Shown: piece after piece, positions 9,438 to 16,956 of the stretch | Layout: each line of letters opens with the position of its first letter | How positions within the stretch are numbered: position 1 is the first letter of the stretch | Virus record (IMG/VR): IMGVR_UViG_3300036859_000414 | Span: 1 to 62,434 of that record | Reading direction: 5' to 3' (one strand) | From: a virus | Taxonomy: Duplodnaviria; Caudoviricetes | Length of the DNA: 62,434 nt | Made by a program: the position numbers and the translations under genes | Notes under the pieces: generated by a model | The model's database searches: none | The model's input: the letters and a program-made list of their open reading frames with translations, nothing else | Told to the model about the DNA's origin: nothing

Positions 9438-10048
9438 TAGTCGTCGTCCTCGTCGTCTGAGTCCTTGCCGTCGGTCAGGAGAGCTACGACTCCACGTGTG
9501 AGTTGTTTCGGCTCGGAGAGGTCGCCAGTGAACGACTCACCGCCAGTGCTCATGGCCAAGCGCTTCAAGAACTCTTCGCCAGGGTCGCCAGGATCTCCTA
9601 CGAACACGACGTCGATCCTTCCGCCGAAGCGAACTGCGGCATCGAGGTGCTGCTGTTGAGGGTAGTCAGGCTGTCCGTCCGAGATCACGATGCACCGCGA
9701 GCACTCGAGCTTGCGTGCAAGGTCGATGGCTTGGCCGAGAGGAGTTCCACCTGATGGGTTGGGAATCGAATCGACGATCACGCTCGGCTCCGGATCCTGT
9801 CCGAACTGGATCATCGACATCCGCTTCTCCGTCTGGATGCCATCGACAGCTTCGCGAAGGCCCTGGATGCGCGACTTGCCGTTCTTCATCCTCGTGCTCA
9901 TCGAACCGCTGCAGTCCAGTAAGAGCCAGATGTTCTGTGCCTTCTGCACACGCACAAGGTCATCGAGCCCACCGATCTGAAGGCTCTTGTTGAGCTGCTT
10001 GGCGATGCTGCCTCCACGGACAGCGAGTGACTTGGTTTCGTCGGACAT
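9437..10048 (-). CDS. von Willebrand factor A (VWA) domain protein
   Basis: MIDAS motif LLLDCSGSM, GGTPL, VISDGQP, LAMSTGG. Confidence 0.9.
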   Translation of the reverse strand: MSDETKSLAVRGGSIAKQLNKSLQIGGLDDLVRVQKAQNIWLLLDCSGSMSTRMKNGKSRIQGLREAVDGIQTEKRMSMIQFGQDPEPSVIVDSIPNPSGGTPLGQAIDLARKLECSRCIVISDGQPDYPQQQHLDAAVRFGGRIDVVFVGDPGDPGEEFLKRLAMSTGGESFTGDLSEPKQLTRGVVALLTDGKDSDDEDDD

Positions 10049-10058
10049 AAAGAGCCTC

Positions 10059-10502
10059 CTAGAAGATGAGCTTCACGAGTGAGATAACTGCCTGGCGGAG
10101 AGCGTTCTGCTCTTCACCCTTCGTCTGAGCGCCCAGTGCGAGCGCTTTGATCTTCTGATACCGGTTGAACCCATCACGCATCAGAGGCGTGATGCCGTTC
10201 TTCGTGGCTCGAATGACAAGTGCGTTCTCGAGAGCCGTGAGGGCATGTAGAGCTGCCTCATCAGGATCGAGCGTCGTGGGATCGACTGCGTCACCGAGGC
10301 GCTTGATCAGACCTGCTCGACGCAGCTCAGAAAGATAGAACCATACTCGCTGCTTCGGCAGATTGGTCTTCGTGCAGATGTCGATACGGTCGATGCCTTC
10401 TGCACCTGCTGCTTTGATCGCGTTGTACGTTTGCGCCTTCTGTGTCTTGTCCCACGAGTCGAATGGTGAGCGCACGGTTGTGCACGCGTAGAGTTTAGCC
10501 AC
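10059..10502 (-). CDS. Winged-helix DNA-binding protein
   Basis: GIDRIDICTKTNLPKQRVWFYLSELRRAGLIKR. Confidence 0.6.
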   Translation of the reverse strand: MAKLYACTTVRSPFDSWDKTQKAQTYNAIKAAGAEGIDRIDICTKTNLPKQRVWFYLSELRRAGLIKRLGDAVDPTTLDPDEAALHALTALENALVIRATKNGITPLMRDGFNRYQKIKALALGAQTKGEEQNALRQAVISLVKLIF

Positions 10503-10767
10503 GTGGCACTCCGGCGTCGAGCTTGAGGAGATTGTACGCGTCCTCGTCTCGAAGGTTGGCTTCTGGCGCTCCGAACTTCACGTCAGCAGGAACGTTCGTT
10601 CGGTCGAACACGTCTAGCTCGATCGTCGAGCCTTCGTGGCCGTATGTGCTCAGGAAGTCGAGGAGACGCTTGGCGCCGTTCGTTCCAGCTCGACCTCCTG
10701 TCTGCCAGTAGGTCTCGCCATCGACGGACATAATAGTGAGGACGTAGTGCGTAGCGTTGTAAGGCAC
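10495..10767 (-). CDS. Hypothetical protein
   Basis: AAGGAG RBS; first gene after the promoter at 10823-10851. Confidence 0.6.
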   Translation of the reverse strand: MPYNATHYVLTIMSVDGETYWQTGGRAGTNGAKRLLDFLSTYGHEGSTIELDVFDRTNVPADVKFGAPEANLRDEDAYNLLKLDAGVPRG

Positions 10768-10822
10768 GTGGTTGCTCCTTGCGCTTTCGCGCGTTGAGTG
10801 TTTCTGCGCAGATTACTCGGAG

Positions 10823-10851
10823 ATTCTACTTCAAAACACTACAGAAATCAA
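10823..10851 (-). promoter_or_regulatory. Sigma70-type promoter TTGATT-N17-TAGAAT
   Basis: Read directly on the minus strand in an AT-rich intergenic stretch. Confidence 0.7.
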
Positions 10852-11014
10852 CGATTTTCGTCCTGCAGATCAGACTGCGTAGCATTTCCTGCGGCGTGTT
10901 TCGTGTGCGGATTCTAGCGTGTGAGACCTCCTGGAATGGTAAGGTGCCAGGCGCTTTACGATCGACGTTCTACGACGATCCTACGCAGCCTAGACACGTG
11001 TGTAGAATGTGGCG

Positions 11015-11152
11015 TTATTGGCATTCGAAGTCCACGTTTTTCGCACTGTTTATCCACACCTGTTTCACCAGCCGCCACACGCCGGAGTAGCACGTGTGGA
11101 TCTCCAGCAACGTGCCTAGCGGCGTGGGCGGGTAGAACGTGTAGCGAGTCAG
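11015..11152 (-). CDS. Small hypothetical protein with a possible CTG start
   Basis: 45-aa frame LTRYTFYPPTPLGTLLEIH...FECQ; CTGA overlap with the upstream stop; GGAG upstream. Confidence 0.35.
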   Translation of the reverse strand: MTRYTFYPPTPLGTLLEIHTCYSGVWRLVKQVWINSAKNVDFECQ

Positions 11153-11319
11153 TGGCTGTCTCCGATCGTGACGCGTACGATGATGTCTTCTGGCTCTTCA
11201 CCAGTGCAGTCTTCGACGGCTGTGTTCACAGCGCTCTCGACCTCGTTGCTGAGAGGGATGAGATCGAGTGAGCGGACCTCTTCTGCCAGCTCGACGACGA
11301 TCGTGAAGGTGAGTCTCAT
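11149..11319 (-). CDS. Small acidic hypothetical protein
   Basis: MRLTFTIVVELAEE...; abuts the upstream stop. Confidence 0.55.
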   Translation of the reverse strand: MRLTFTIVVELAEEVRSLDLIPLSNEVESAVNTAVEDCTGEEPEDIIVRVTIGDSH

Positions 11320-11990
11320 CACAGCACTCCTGGAACAGGACGGAGTGTTGGAGTGCCTTGCGGCTTGTGCGGCAGGCCCCAGTGCTTGGCACAGATGGGA
11401 CCGTAGCCAACCTCGACCGAGCCTGCGTCTGTGAGTTCGAGGCCACAGAAGGAACAACGGCACTTGAGCGCGGCGTATTCCTTTGCTGCTGTGATCGGGT
11501 CGGACGCGACGGCAGCGAGGCGCTTCTTGAGATCGATGCTCGTGATGAGCGTGCCAGTTGGTGTGCCGTCAGGACGGACTAGACCGATGAACGTGCCGTT
11601 GCGGACCACGCTCAGAGAGCCTGGTGCAGCTCCGTGGACCGTAAGCCCAAGTGCGATCTCTGACTGTCCGTCAGCGTCGAGCACTCGGAGCTTCGGACGT
11701 TTGAGACCTCTGTCCTGTGCATCCTTGAGGAACTGACGGATCGGCTTGAGGTCGATGGCTTCGTGACCAGCAGAGCGCTCCGATGCGAGCTTCGCTGCAA
11801 GCATCTCTTCCTTCGCCGCGTCACAGTCCTTAATGAACTGGTGGCGTGCCGAGCCTCTGTTGTGTCCGACGCCAGGGATGAATGTGATTGGCTGTCCAGC
11901 TTTGATCTTGCCACTGCAAGCCGAGCAGCGACTGTCGAACTTCGCTTCCATGTTGCGTGGTCGTGGTGAACCGTGTGCTCCGTAACCCAT
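11319..11990 (-). CDS. Zn-finger protein (DUF6011-like C-terminus)
   Basis: CSFCGLELTDAGSVEVGYGPICA and N-terminal CSAC...GQPI; AAGGAG RBS. Confidence 0.75.
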   Translation of the reverse strand: MGYGAHGSPRPRNMEAKFDSRCSACSGKIKAGQPITFIPGVGHNRGSARHQFIKDCDAAKEEMLAAKLASERSAGHEAIDLKPIRQFLKDAQDRGLKRPKLRVLDADGQSEIALGLTVHGAAPGSLSVVRNGTFIGLVRPDGTPTGTLITSIDLKKRLAAVASDPITAAKEYAALKCRCSFCGLELTDAGSVEVGYGPICAKHWGLPHKPQGTPTLRPVPGVL

Positions 11991-12044
11991 GTCCAATCTC
12001 CTTGCGCGTAGGCGCGTTGAGGTTGTAAGTACTGAGTACATGAC

Positions 12045-12494
12045 TTAACCGCTCGAGTCCCAGCGTGCTCTCCACACGCTTACATTGCCCTTCTCGTCCT
12101 TGCGGTATGCGGTTGTGCTCATCTCCAGTCTGTGCAGGTCGTCGACCTTCGTAACGATCGGGTGCTTGGGATAGCCGCCGTCGTAGGTGCCTTTCGCGAT
12201 CGACTCGAGGAACTCGTCCCACTTGTACGGTGTGCCCATCTGTTCGAGGCGTTGAAGCTCGTACGGAGTCGGTCCTCTGAACTGGTCGATGATGATCGTG
12301 GTCTCTTCGCCGTGCAGCTCGACACGCATCTTTGCGAGCTGGGCTTCACTAAACGTGCCGTGCGTGCACCACTTGTTGAACAGCTTGACGTGGATCTCGA
12401 CGACGTGTGTGCCTTCGACGAGACCAGGCTTTTGGATACGGAACGCTTCGCCTGGGTGCGTGTTGAGGCCGAACGCGCCTTCGGGGATGCTCAT
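12045..12494 (-). CDS. Hypothetical protein
   Basis: GGAGG RBS; ATGA overlap. Confidence 0.6.
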   Translation of the reverse strand: MSIPEGAFGLNTHPGEAFRIQKPGLVEGTHVVEIHVKLFNKWCTHGTFSEAQLAKMRVELHGEETTIIIDQFRGPTPYELQRLEQMGTPYKWDEFLESIAKGTYDGGYPKHPIVTKVDDLHRLEMSTTAYRKDEKGNVSVWRARWDSSG

Positions 12495-12697
12495 GAAGTC
12501 CTCCGTATGGACTCTGGCACAATCGTGTACTCGACTGTCTCGTCTACTCCGAGATCGCTGTAGTCGATGAGACGAGCTTCAAGTACGTCTGTCGAGTCGC
12601 GTACTTGTCGGTTGATGTCGTTGAGGAGTTGAAGCACTTCGTCCTTCTCTCCTTTGGGTACCTTGTACGTAGTAGTTCGGATGACTCGGATCTTCAC
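12491..12697 (-). CDS. Hypothetical protein
   Basis: GTG start overlapping the HNH stop; MKIRVIRTTTYKVP... Confidence 0.5.
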   Translation of the reverse strand: MKIRVIRTTTYKVPKGEKDEVLQLLNDINRQVRDSTDVLEARLIDYSDLGVDETVEYTIVPESIRRTS

Positions 12698-13014
12698 GGC
12701 TTCCTGCTCCTTGCAAGGTTCGCTTCCTTGCGGTGGTGGCTCTTGTGGCATGAGGCGTGACAGAGAGCCTTGTTCATCATGTCGTTGTTGCCGTGGTTGC
12801 CGTCGATGTGGTGTATGGAGATGGAGGCGTTGAACTTCGGACCGGTGCTGTTGCCGTGTCGGATGAAGTCCAAGTCGTGCATGAGCTTCTTGCAGAAGTA
12901 GCAACAGAAGTGGCCTGCTGGTGTGTGAGGTGTTGCACCTGCTCCAGCGAGGAGGAAGTGCACGATCTCTCTGAGCTTGTACAGCTCCTTCCTCGACTGA
13001 AGTGTCATTGCCAT
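12694..13014 (-). CDS. HNH endonuclease
   Basis: CYFC...IHHIDGNHGNN...LCHASCHKSHH. Confidence 0.85.
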   Translation of the reverse strand: MAMTLQSRKELYKLREIVHFLLAGAGATPHTPAGHFCCYFCKKLMHDLDFIRHGNSTGPKFNASISIHHIDGNHGNNDMMNKALCHASCHKSHHRKEANLARSRKP

Positions 13015-13129
13015 ACGTGTGAGTGCTCCTGGTAGAGGTGTGGGTAGCGACGGCTGACCAGATGCCAGTAGAGCGCATCGTAGGCCAGACGACGGAACCA
13101 GTTTGTAAGACCTGTTCGACGACGGTTGA

Positions 13130-13330
13130 TCACAGCCCTTCCTCCTTCATGACCTTAAGTGCACACGTGGCGCAGTAGCCGTGTGAGACGAGACGTCCTG
13201 TCGCTTGTGCCTCAGCAATGAGCCGATCACGGTCTGGACAGGTCATACAAATGATGATCGGCTCGAGTGTGTCTCGAACCGACTTGATGAGGTCGAAGAT
13301 CCGTTTGTCCTCAGACGGTGGGAGGTTCAT
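13130..13330 (-). CDS. Small Zn-binding protein
   Basis: CMTC...VSHGYCATC. Confidence 0.55.
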   Translation of the reverse strand: MNLPPSEDKRIFDLIKSVRDTLEPIIICMTCPDRDRLIAEAQATGRLVSHGYCATCALKVMKEEGL

Positions 13331-13463
13331 CGCTTAATCCCTTGCCGTGTGAGCTCCGCCATCGCAGCGGAGGCCTCCGCCTGGCTGAAGTAGCCAGTGC
13401 GGAAGGCCTCCGTGATGAGCTCGAAGCGCCGATTGTACTCAGCGAGTGTGATCCACATGGCTC

Positions 13464-13709
13464 TTACTTGACGAAGTAGAGCCGCAGGATGCCGTTGTCG
13501 AGCGTGACCTTGTCGGCCATCTCGACCACACGCTTCGTCGCGTCCGACGCCAGTTCCGTCGCACGCTCGATCACAAGCACGATGTGCTTCGGCGTGCGGT
13601 AGCGCCGGTAGGTCGCCTTCACGGTGTTGCCCACCTGGTGAGCGAAGCGCGAACGGCCCTTCAGGATGGAACGAACCTTCGCGTAGTTGGTCGTGGTCTT
13701 GAGAGTCAT
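13464..13709 (-). CDS. Basic hypothetical protein
   Basis: GAAAGGAC RBS after a leader hairpin. Confidence 0.65.
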   Translation of the reverse strand: MTLKTTTNYAKVRSILKGRSRFAHQVGNTVKATYRRYRTPKHIVLVIERATELASDATKRVVEMADKVTLDNGILRLYFVK

Positions 13710-13791
13710 GTTCTTCTGTCCTTTCGATGGGAGCGGTAGTGCTCCAGGAGAAGAGAGGACATCCCTGCCCTCTCCCTCCCTGCAGAACTAC

Positions 13792-14166
13792 CTACTTCGT
13801 GGGCTGGCTGTGCGCCGGCTTCGCAGCAGAAGGGCGAGCACCCTTCGTCGGCGCGTCGGGCAGTTCGACGAACGCGTTGCGCGAACCGACGCTCTGGCTG
13901 ATCTCGTTCCAGCCGTGCTTCTCAGCCGCAGCCTTTACGAGAGTGTCGAAGGCCTTCTGGCCCTTCTCGATGGTGTCGAAGCTCTCGCGAGCGCCCGTCT
14001 GTGCCTTCGGCGCGTCCTCCGTGAGCTGCTTGATCGACGCCTTCAGGTTGAAGCGGTTCTTGCCTTCCTGAAGCGTGATCGTCAGACGCTCCTGTCGGTT
14101 CGGCGAATCGAAACGAGCAGTGCGGAGCTTCTTGCCAGCGACGTAGGTGCTCTTGTTCTTGGCCAT
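13792..14166 (-). CDS. Basic hypothetical protein
   Basis: GAAAGGAC RBS; Lys/Arg-rich globular-looking sequence. Confidence 0.7.
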   Translation of the reverse strand: MAKNKSTYVAGKKLRTARFDSPNRQERLTITLQEGKNRFNLKASIKQLTEDAPKAQTGARESFDTIEKGQKAFDTLVKAAAEKHGWNEISQSVGSRNAFVELPDAPTKGARPSAAKPAHSQPTK

Positions 14167-14242
14167 GTGCGTTGTGTCCTTTCAGTGGGAGCAGAAGTGC
14201 TCCAGGAGAAGGAGGAGTGATGTCCTCCTCTCCCTGTAGAAC

Positions 14243-14371
14243 TTAGTTCCCAACGATCTCGGCGATCTGCGCGTCACGCTTCTGGGCAAGCTCGGTCACG
14301 CCGTTCACCGCCTGGTAGCCTAAGTAGAGTGCCGTGATGACGAATACGAAGAGCACGATGGTCTTGGTCAT
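14243..14371 (-). CDS. Small membrane protein (42 aa)
   Basis: MTKTIVLFVFVITALYLGYQAVNG...; GAAAGGAC RBS. Confidence 0.6.
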   Translation of the reverse strand: MTKTIVLFVFVITALYLGYQAVNGVTELAQKRDAQIAEIVGN

Positions 14372-14826
14372 GTAAGTGTCCTTTCGGAAGGAGCAGAAGT
14401 GCTCCGTAGAGGTTGGGAAGGTTTACAAACTGGCCCTGATTTCAAACTGCCTTTCGGCTCGTTCGGAACCGCGTTATTCCTCAACCTCTACGCAGCACTC
14501 CTGCGGGTAGTCGTTCTAGAAGTTCTTGCTGCGCTGTCCGCTTGCGCTTTCGCGCTTTGACATTGCATGACGTCCTGCCGCTGTGAGGTCCCTGAGGCCG
14601 TGCGAGCTTCCCAGCTTCGCGCCCTTCACCATACACCAGCAGGCCCTACTGCGTCCTGCGGACTGTGTGTCGCGGTGGCGGCCGTATTGGTGGCTCGCGA
14701 ACCCGCTCTCCGATATTGTGGCCTACCGTGTTACCGGCCGCTTGCTTTTCAAACCGTGGCTGCAACAACCAACCACCCACATATCATCCCTCTTCCATAG
14801 GTGTCGGGCAACAGGCTCTAAACCAC

Positions 14827-15195
14827 TCATTCTAAAGTGGATACATCCACACCGGGATGCTCCGAAATCCACTGCTGAATTCGCGTGTAGAGTCGCCCTT
14901 CTGACACGCCAAGCCGCGTAGATACAGCAGGAATCCCGTCTTTCGCAATCTCCTTCAAAAGCGCGTTGGTCAGCACGACTTTCACGTTGTTTGCGCCGCC
15001 GCGTTTGCGTAGTGGGATTCCGTAGCGCGCAAGGTGCTTTCGCACTCGGAGCTGCGAAATGTGGAGTCTTTCTGCGAGTTCCTCGAGAGAGACCCCGTCG
15101 ATCTTGTACCACTGCTCGAGGAGGGACTTGTAGTCCGAGAATCCTGCGTGTTTCGCAACGTTCTCGAGTTCGTAGAGGTAGAGCCGGAGAGCCAT
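14827..15195 (-). CDS. HTH DNA-binding protein (tandem HTH)
   Basis: SLEELAERLHISQLRVRKHLARYGIPLR and GIPAVSTRLGVSEGRLYTRI. Confidence 0.7.
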   Translation of the reverse strand: MALRLYLYELENVAKHAGFSDYKSLLEQWYKIDGVSLEELAERLHISQLRVRKHLARYGIPLRKRGGANNVKVVLTNALLKEIAKDGIPAVSTRLGVSEGRLYTRIQQWISEHPGVDVSTLE

Positions 15196-16589
15196 TAGAG
15201 GAGTGCTCTCCCTGCAGGAAGGATGTAGTACTTCTTCTTGTCCTTCGACGCTGCAACCATGCCTGCTTGTATGAGCGTATCGACGGCTTGTTTGAATGAG
15301 ACAGCGTTCATCTTCGACGTGTTCTTACGAAGCCATTCGGAGTGCCCGAGCTCGCCATTCTTCGCGGCTCGAAGTTGACTCAGCAGTCGTAGTTGATCGT
15401 CGCCCATAGCGCTCTGTGCCAGTTGTTCGAATGCCGCTGGGAGGTAGTGCTCGATGTAGTTCAGGATCTTGTCTGCGAGGATGAGCATGTCCACGTCAAG
15501 GTCGAGGACACCTGGGTTCTGTGCTGCGTTGAGGACCATTGCGAGTTGGAGGATGCGGTCTGGCTTTCGTTCGAAGTATCCGGCGAATTGCTTTTCGAGC
15601 ACCGTCTTCGAACGGCCTGTGTACCACAGACGATACCACTTCTCGGCAGTTGGAGTGAGCTTTACCTCTCCGATCACGCGTTGGAGGATGAGGAGCCCAT
15701 CGACGAGCTTCTTGCCAAGAGTTTGATCGAGCGGAGGCGGGAGAGGAAAGGATCTTGGACTATCCTTCTGCACTACGAACAAGAGGCGTGACATAAAGCC
15801 TCCTGCGAACGCGTCCTTCGTGATCGAGCTCTGCATCCAGTCGATCGTTGTAGCAGCTAAGTGTGAGATCGCAACATTAGTGAGTTGAGTCTGTCCTCGC
15901 AGGAGCGTCGAAGACGACCAGACGTCTGGGCAGTCGAACAACGCGGTGAGCATTGGCACCAGCCCTTCTAGGTACTGCTGCTTTCCAAGGAAGACTGCCC
16001 ATTCGGGAGCGTAAATAAGGCCCGTTGCAGTAGGCTGAGTCTTGAAGGACTCGATGAGCGCTTCTGGTGTGACTTTGTCTGCAAGGACGTTTCCTCCTAT
16101 GCGACGGAAGAGGTTGACAGCAAGGTTGCACGCTGTAGTCTTCTTGCACATCCCTGCTGGCGCAACAAGCACAGCACAGATGTTCGGGAAGATGTTCCCA
16201 TTTCCTCGTGGGAAGTAGACTCTTCGAGCAATAGTGGAACCGAGGACCACCAGTCCTGCGAAGAAGTGGAACACTGTCGGCGGTTCGGTCTCTCTCGTGT
16301 ACTCGATGTAGTCACGTAGCCACCCAGTCTTCGGAACGAGAGTATCGAAGTCTACGACGCGGCCTTTACCGCCTCCTTTCACTGCTTGCTCTATGAGCTG
16401 CTCGTCGACGGAAAAGGTCTGTGCGACCTTTTGTACGAAGTCCGTCGGAAGGAACTGCTCAGGGATCCCTTCTGCATAACTGAGGAACTCTGTCAGCCCT
16501 TTGTCGTTCAGTTGAGAGGGCTTCAGAAGCGTGAGCAGCCGTACGAGCTGGTCTACACGCTCGTCAAAATCTAGGTCCTGGAAGCGCAA
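15195..16589 (-). CDS. DUF3987-type P-loop helicase-like replication protein
   Basis: WLRDYIEYTRETEPPTVFH, APAGMCKKTT (Walker A-like), VTPEAL, GGFMSRLLFV. Confidence 0.75.
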   Translation of the reverse strand: MRFQDLDFDERVDQLVRLLTLLKPSQLNDKGLTEFLSYAEGIPEQFLPTDFVQKVAQTFSVDEQLIEQAVKGGGKGRVVDFDTLVPKTGWLRDYIEYTRETEPPTVFHFFAGLVVLGSTIARRVYFPRGNGNIFPNICAVLVAPAGMCKKTTACNLAVNLFRRIGGNVLADKVTPEALIESFKTQPTATGLIYAPEWAVFLGKQQYLEGLVPMLTALFDCPDVWSSSTLLRGQTQLTNVAISHLAATTIDWMQSSITKDAFAGGFMSRLLFVVQKDSPRSFPLPPPLDQTLGKKLVDGLLILQRVIGEVKLTPTAEKWYRLWYTGRSKTVLEKQFAGYFERKPDRILQLAMVLNAAQNPGVLDLDVDMLILADKILNYIEHYLPAAFEQLAQSAMGDDQLRLLSQLRAAKNGELGHSEWLRKNTSKMNAVSFKQAVDTLIQAGMVAASKDKKKYYILPAGRALL

Positions 16590-16599
16590 CTAGTGCCTC

Positions 16600-16956
16600 C
16601 TACTCGTCATTTGGGTCTTCGTCGTCATCGACTTGCTCGCCCGTCTCGATCTGTTTCATCAGAAGGGCAAGGCCGACGGCGCTCATTTCTTCTCCACTCG
16701 AGACATGCTCTCGCAGAATCTCGAATGCGGACTGTGCTCGCTCGGACCAAAGAGTGCCGATGTTCGCATCGACAGGTCGTTCGTTCTCTTTAGACGCGAG
16801 CGCTCTGATTCGAACGTTGTAGTGACCTGAAGCTACGAATGTGATACGCATAGGTCCAAGTATGTACTGGTCGTTGTGGGTCGTGACATCGATTGTCGAG
16901 CGGCGGCGCTGTGGGTGGATCACTGGAGCTTCGAGCGACACCTCGACGATGATCAC
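16600..16956 (-). CDS. Hypothetical protein
   Basis: GTGA overlap with the polymerase stop. Confidence 0.45.
   Translation of the reverse strand: MIIVEVSLEAPVIHPQRRRSTIDVTTHNDQYILGPMRITFVASGHYNVRIRALASKENERPVDANIGTLWSERAQSAFEILREHVSSGEEMSAVGLALLMKQIETGEQVDDDEDPNDE

Larger units (their letters stand above)
13718..14504 (-). repeat. Three related intergenic long-hairpin leader elements (13718-13792, 14176-14244, 14378-14504)
   Basis: Shared minus-strand 3' arm GGAGCACT(A/T)C(C/T)GCTCC...GAAAGGAC that pairs with an upstream arm. Confidence 0.75.

Noticed and set aside
13718-14504. Repeats considered as a mini-CRISPR array
   Set aside because: The units are separated by whole genes and are degenerate hairpins; no cas operon is present.
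14378-14504. Self-cleaving ribozyme (hammerhead or twister) in the hairpin insert
   Set aside because: The conserved catalytic cores could not be matched by eye.
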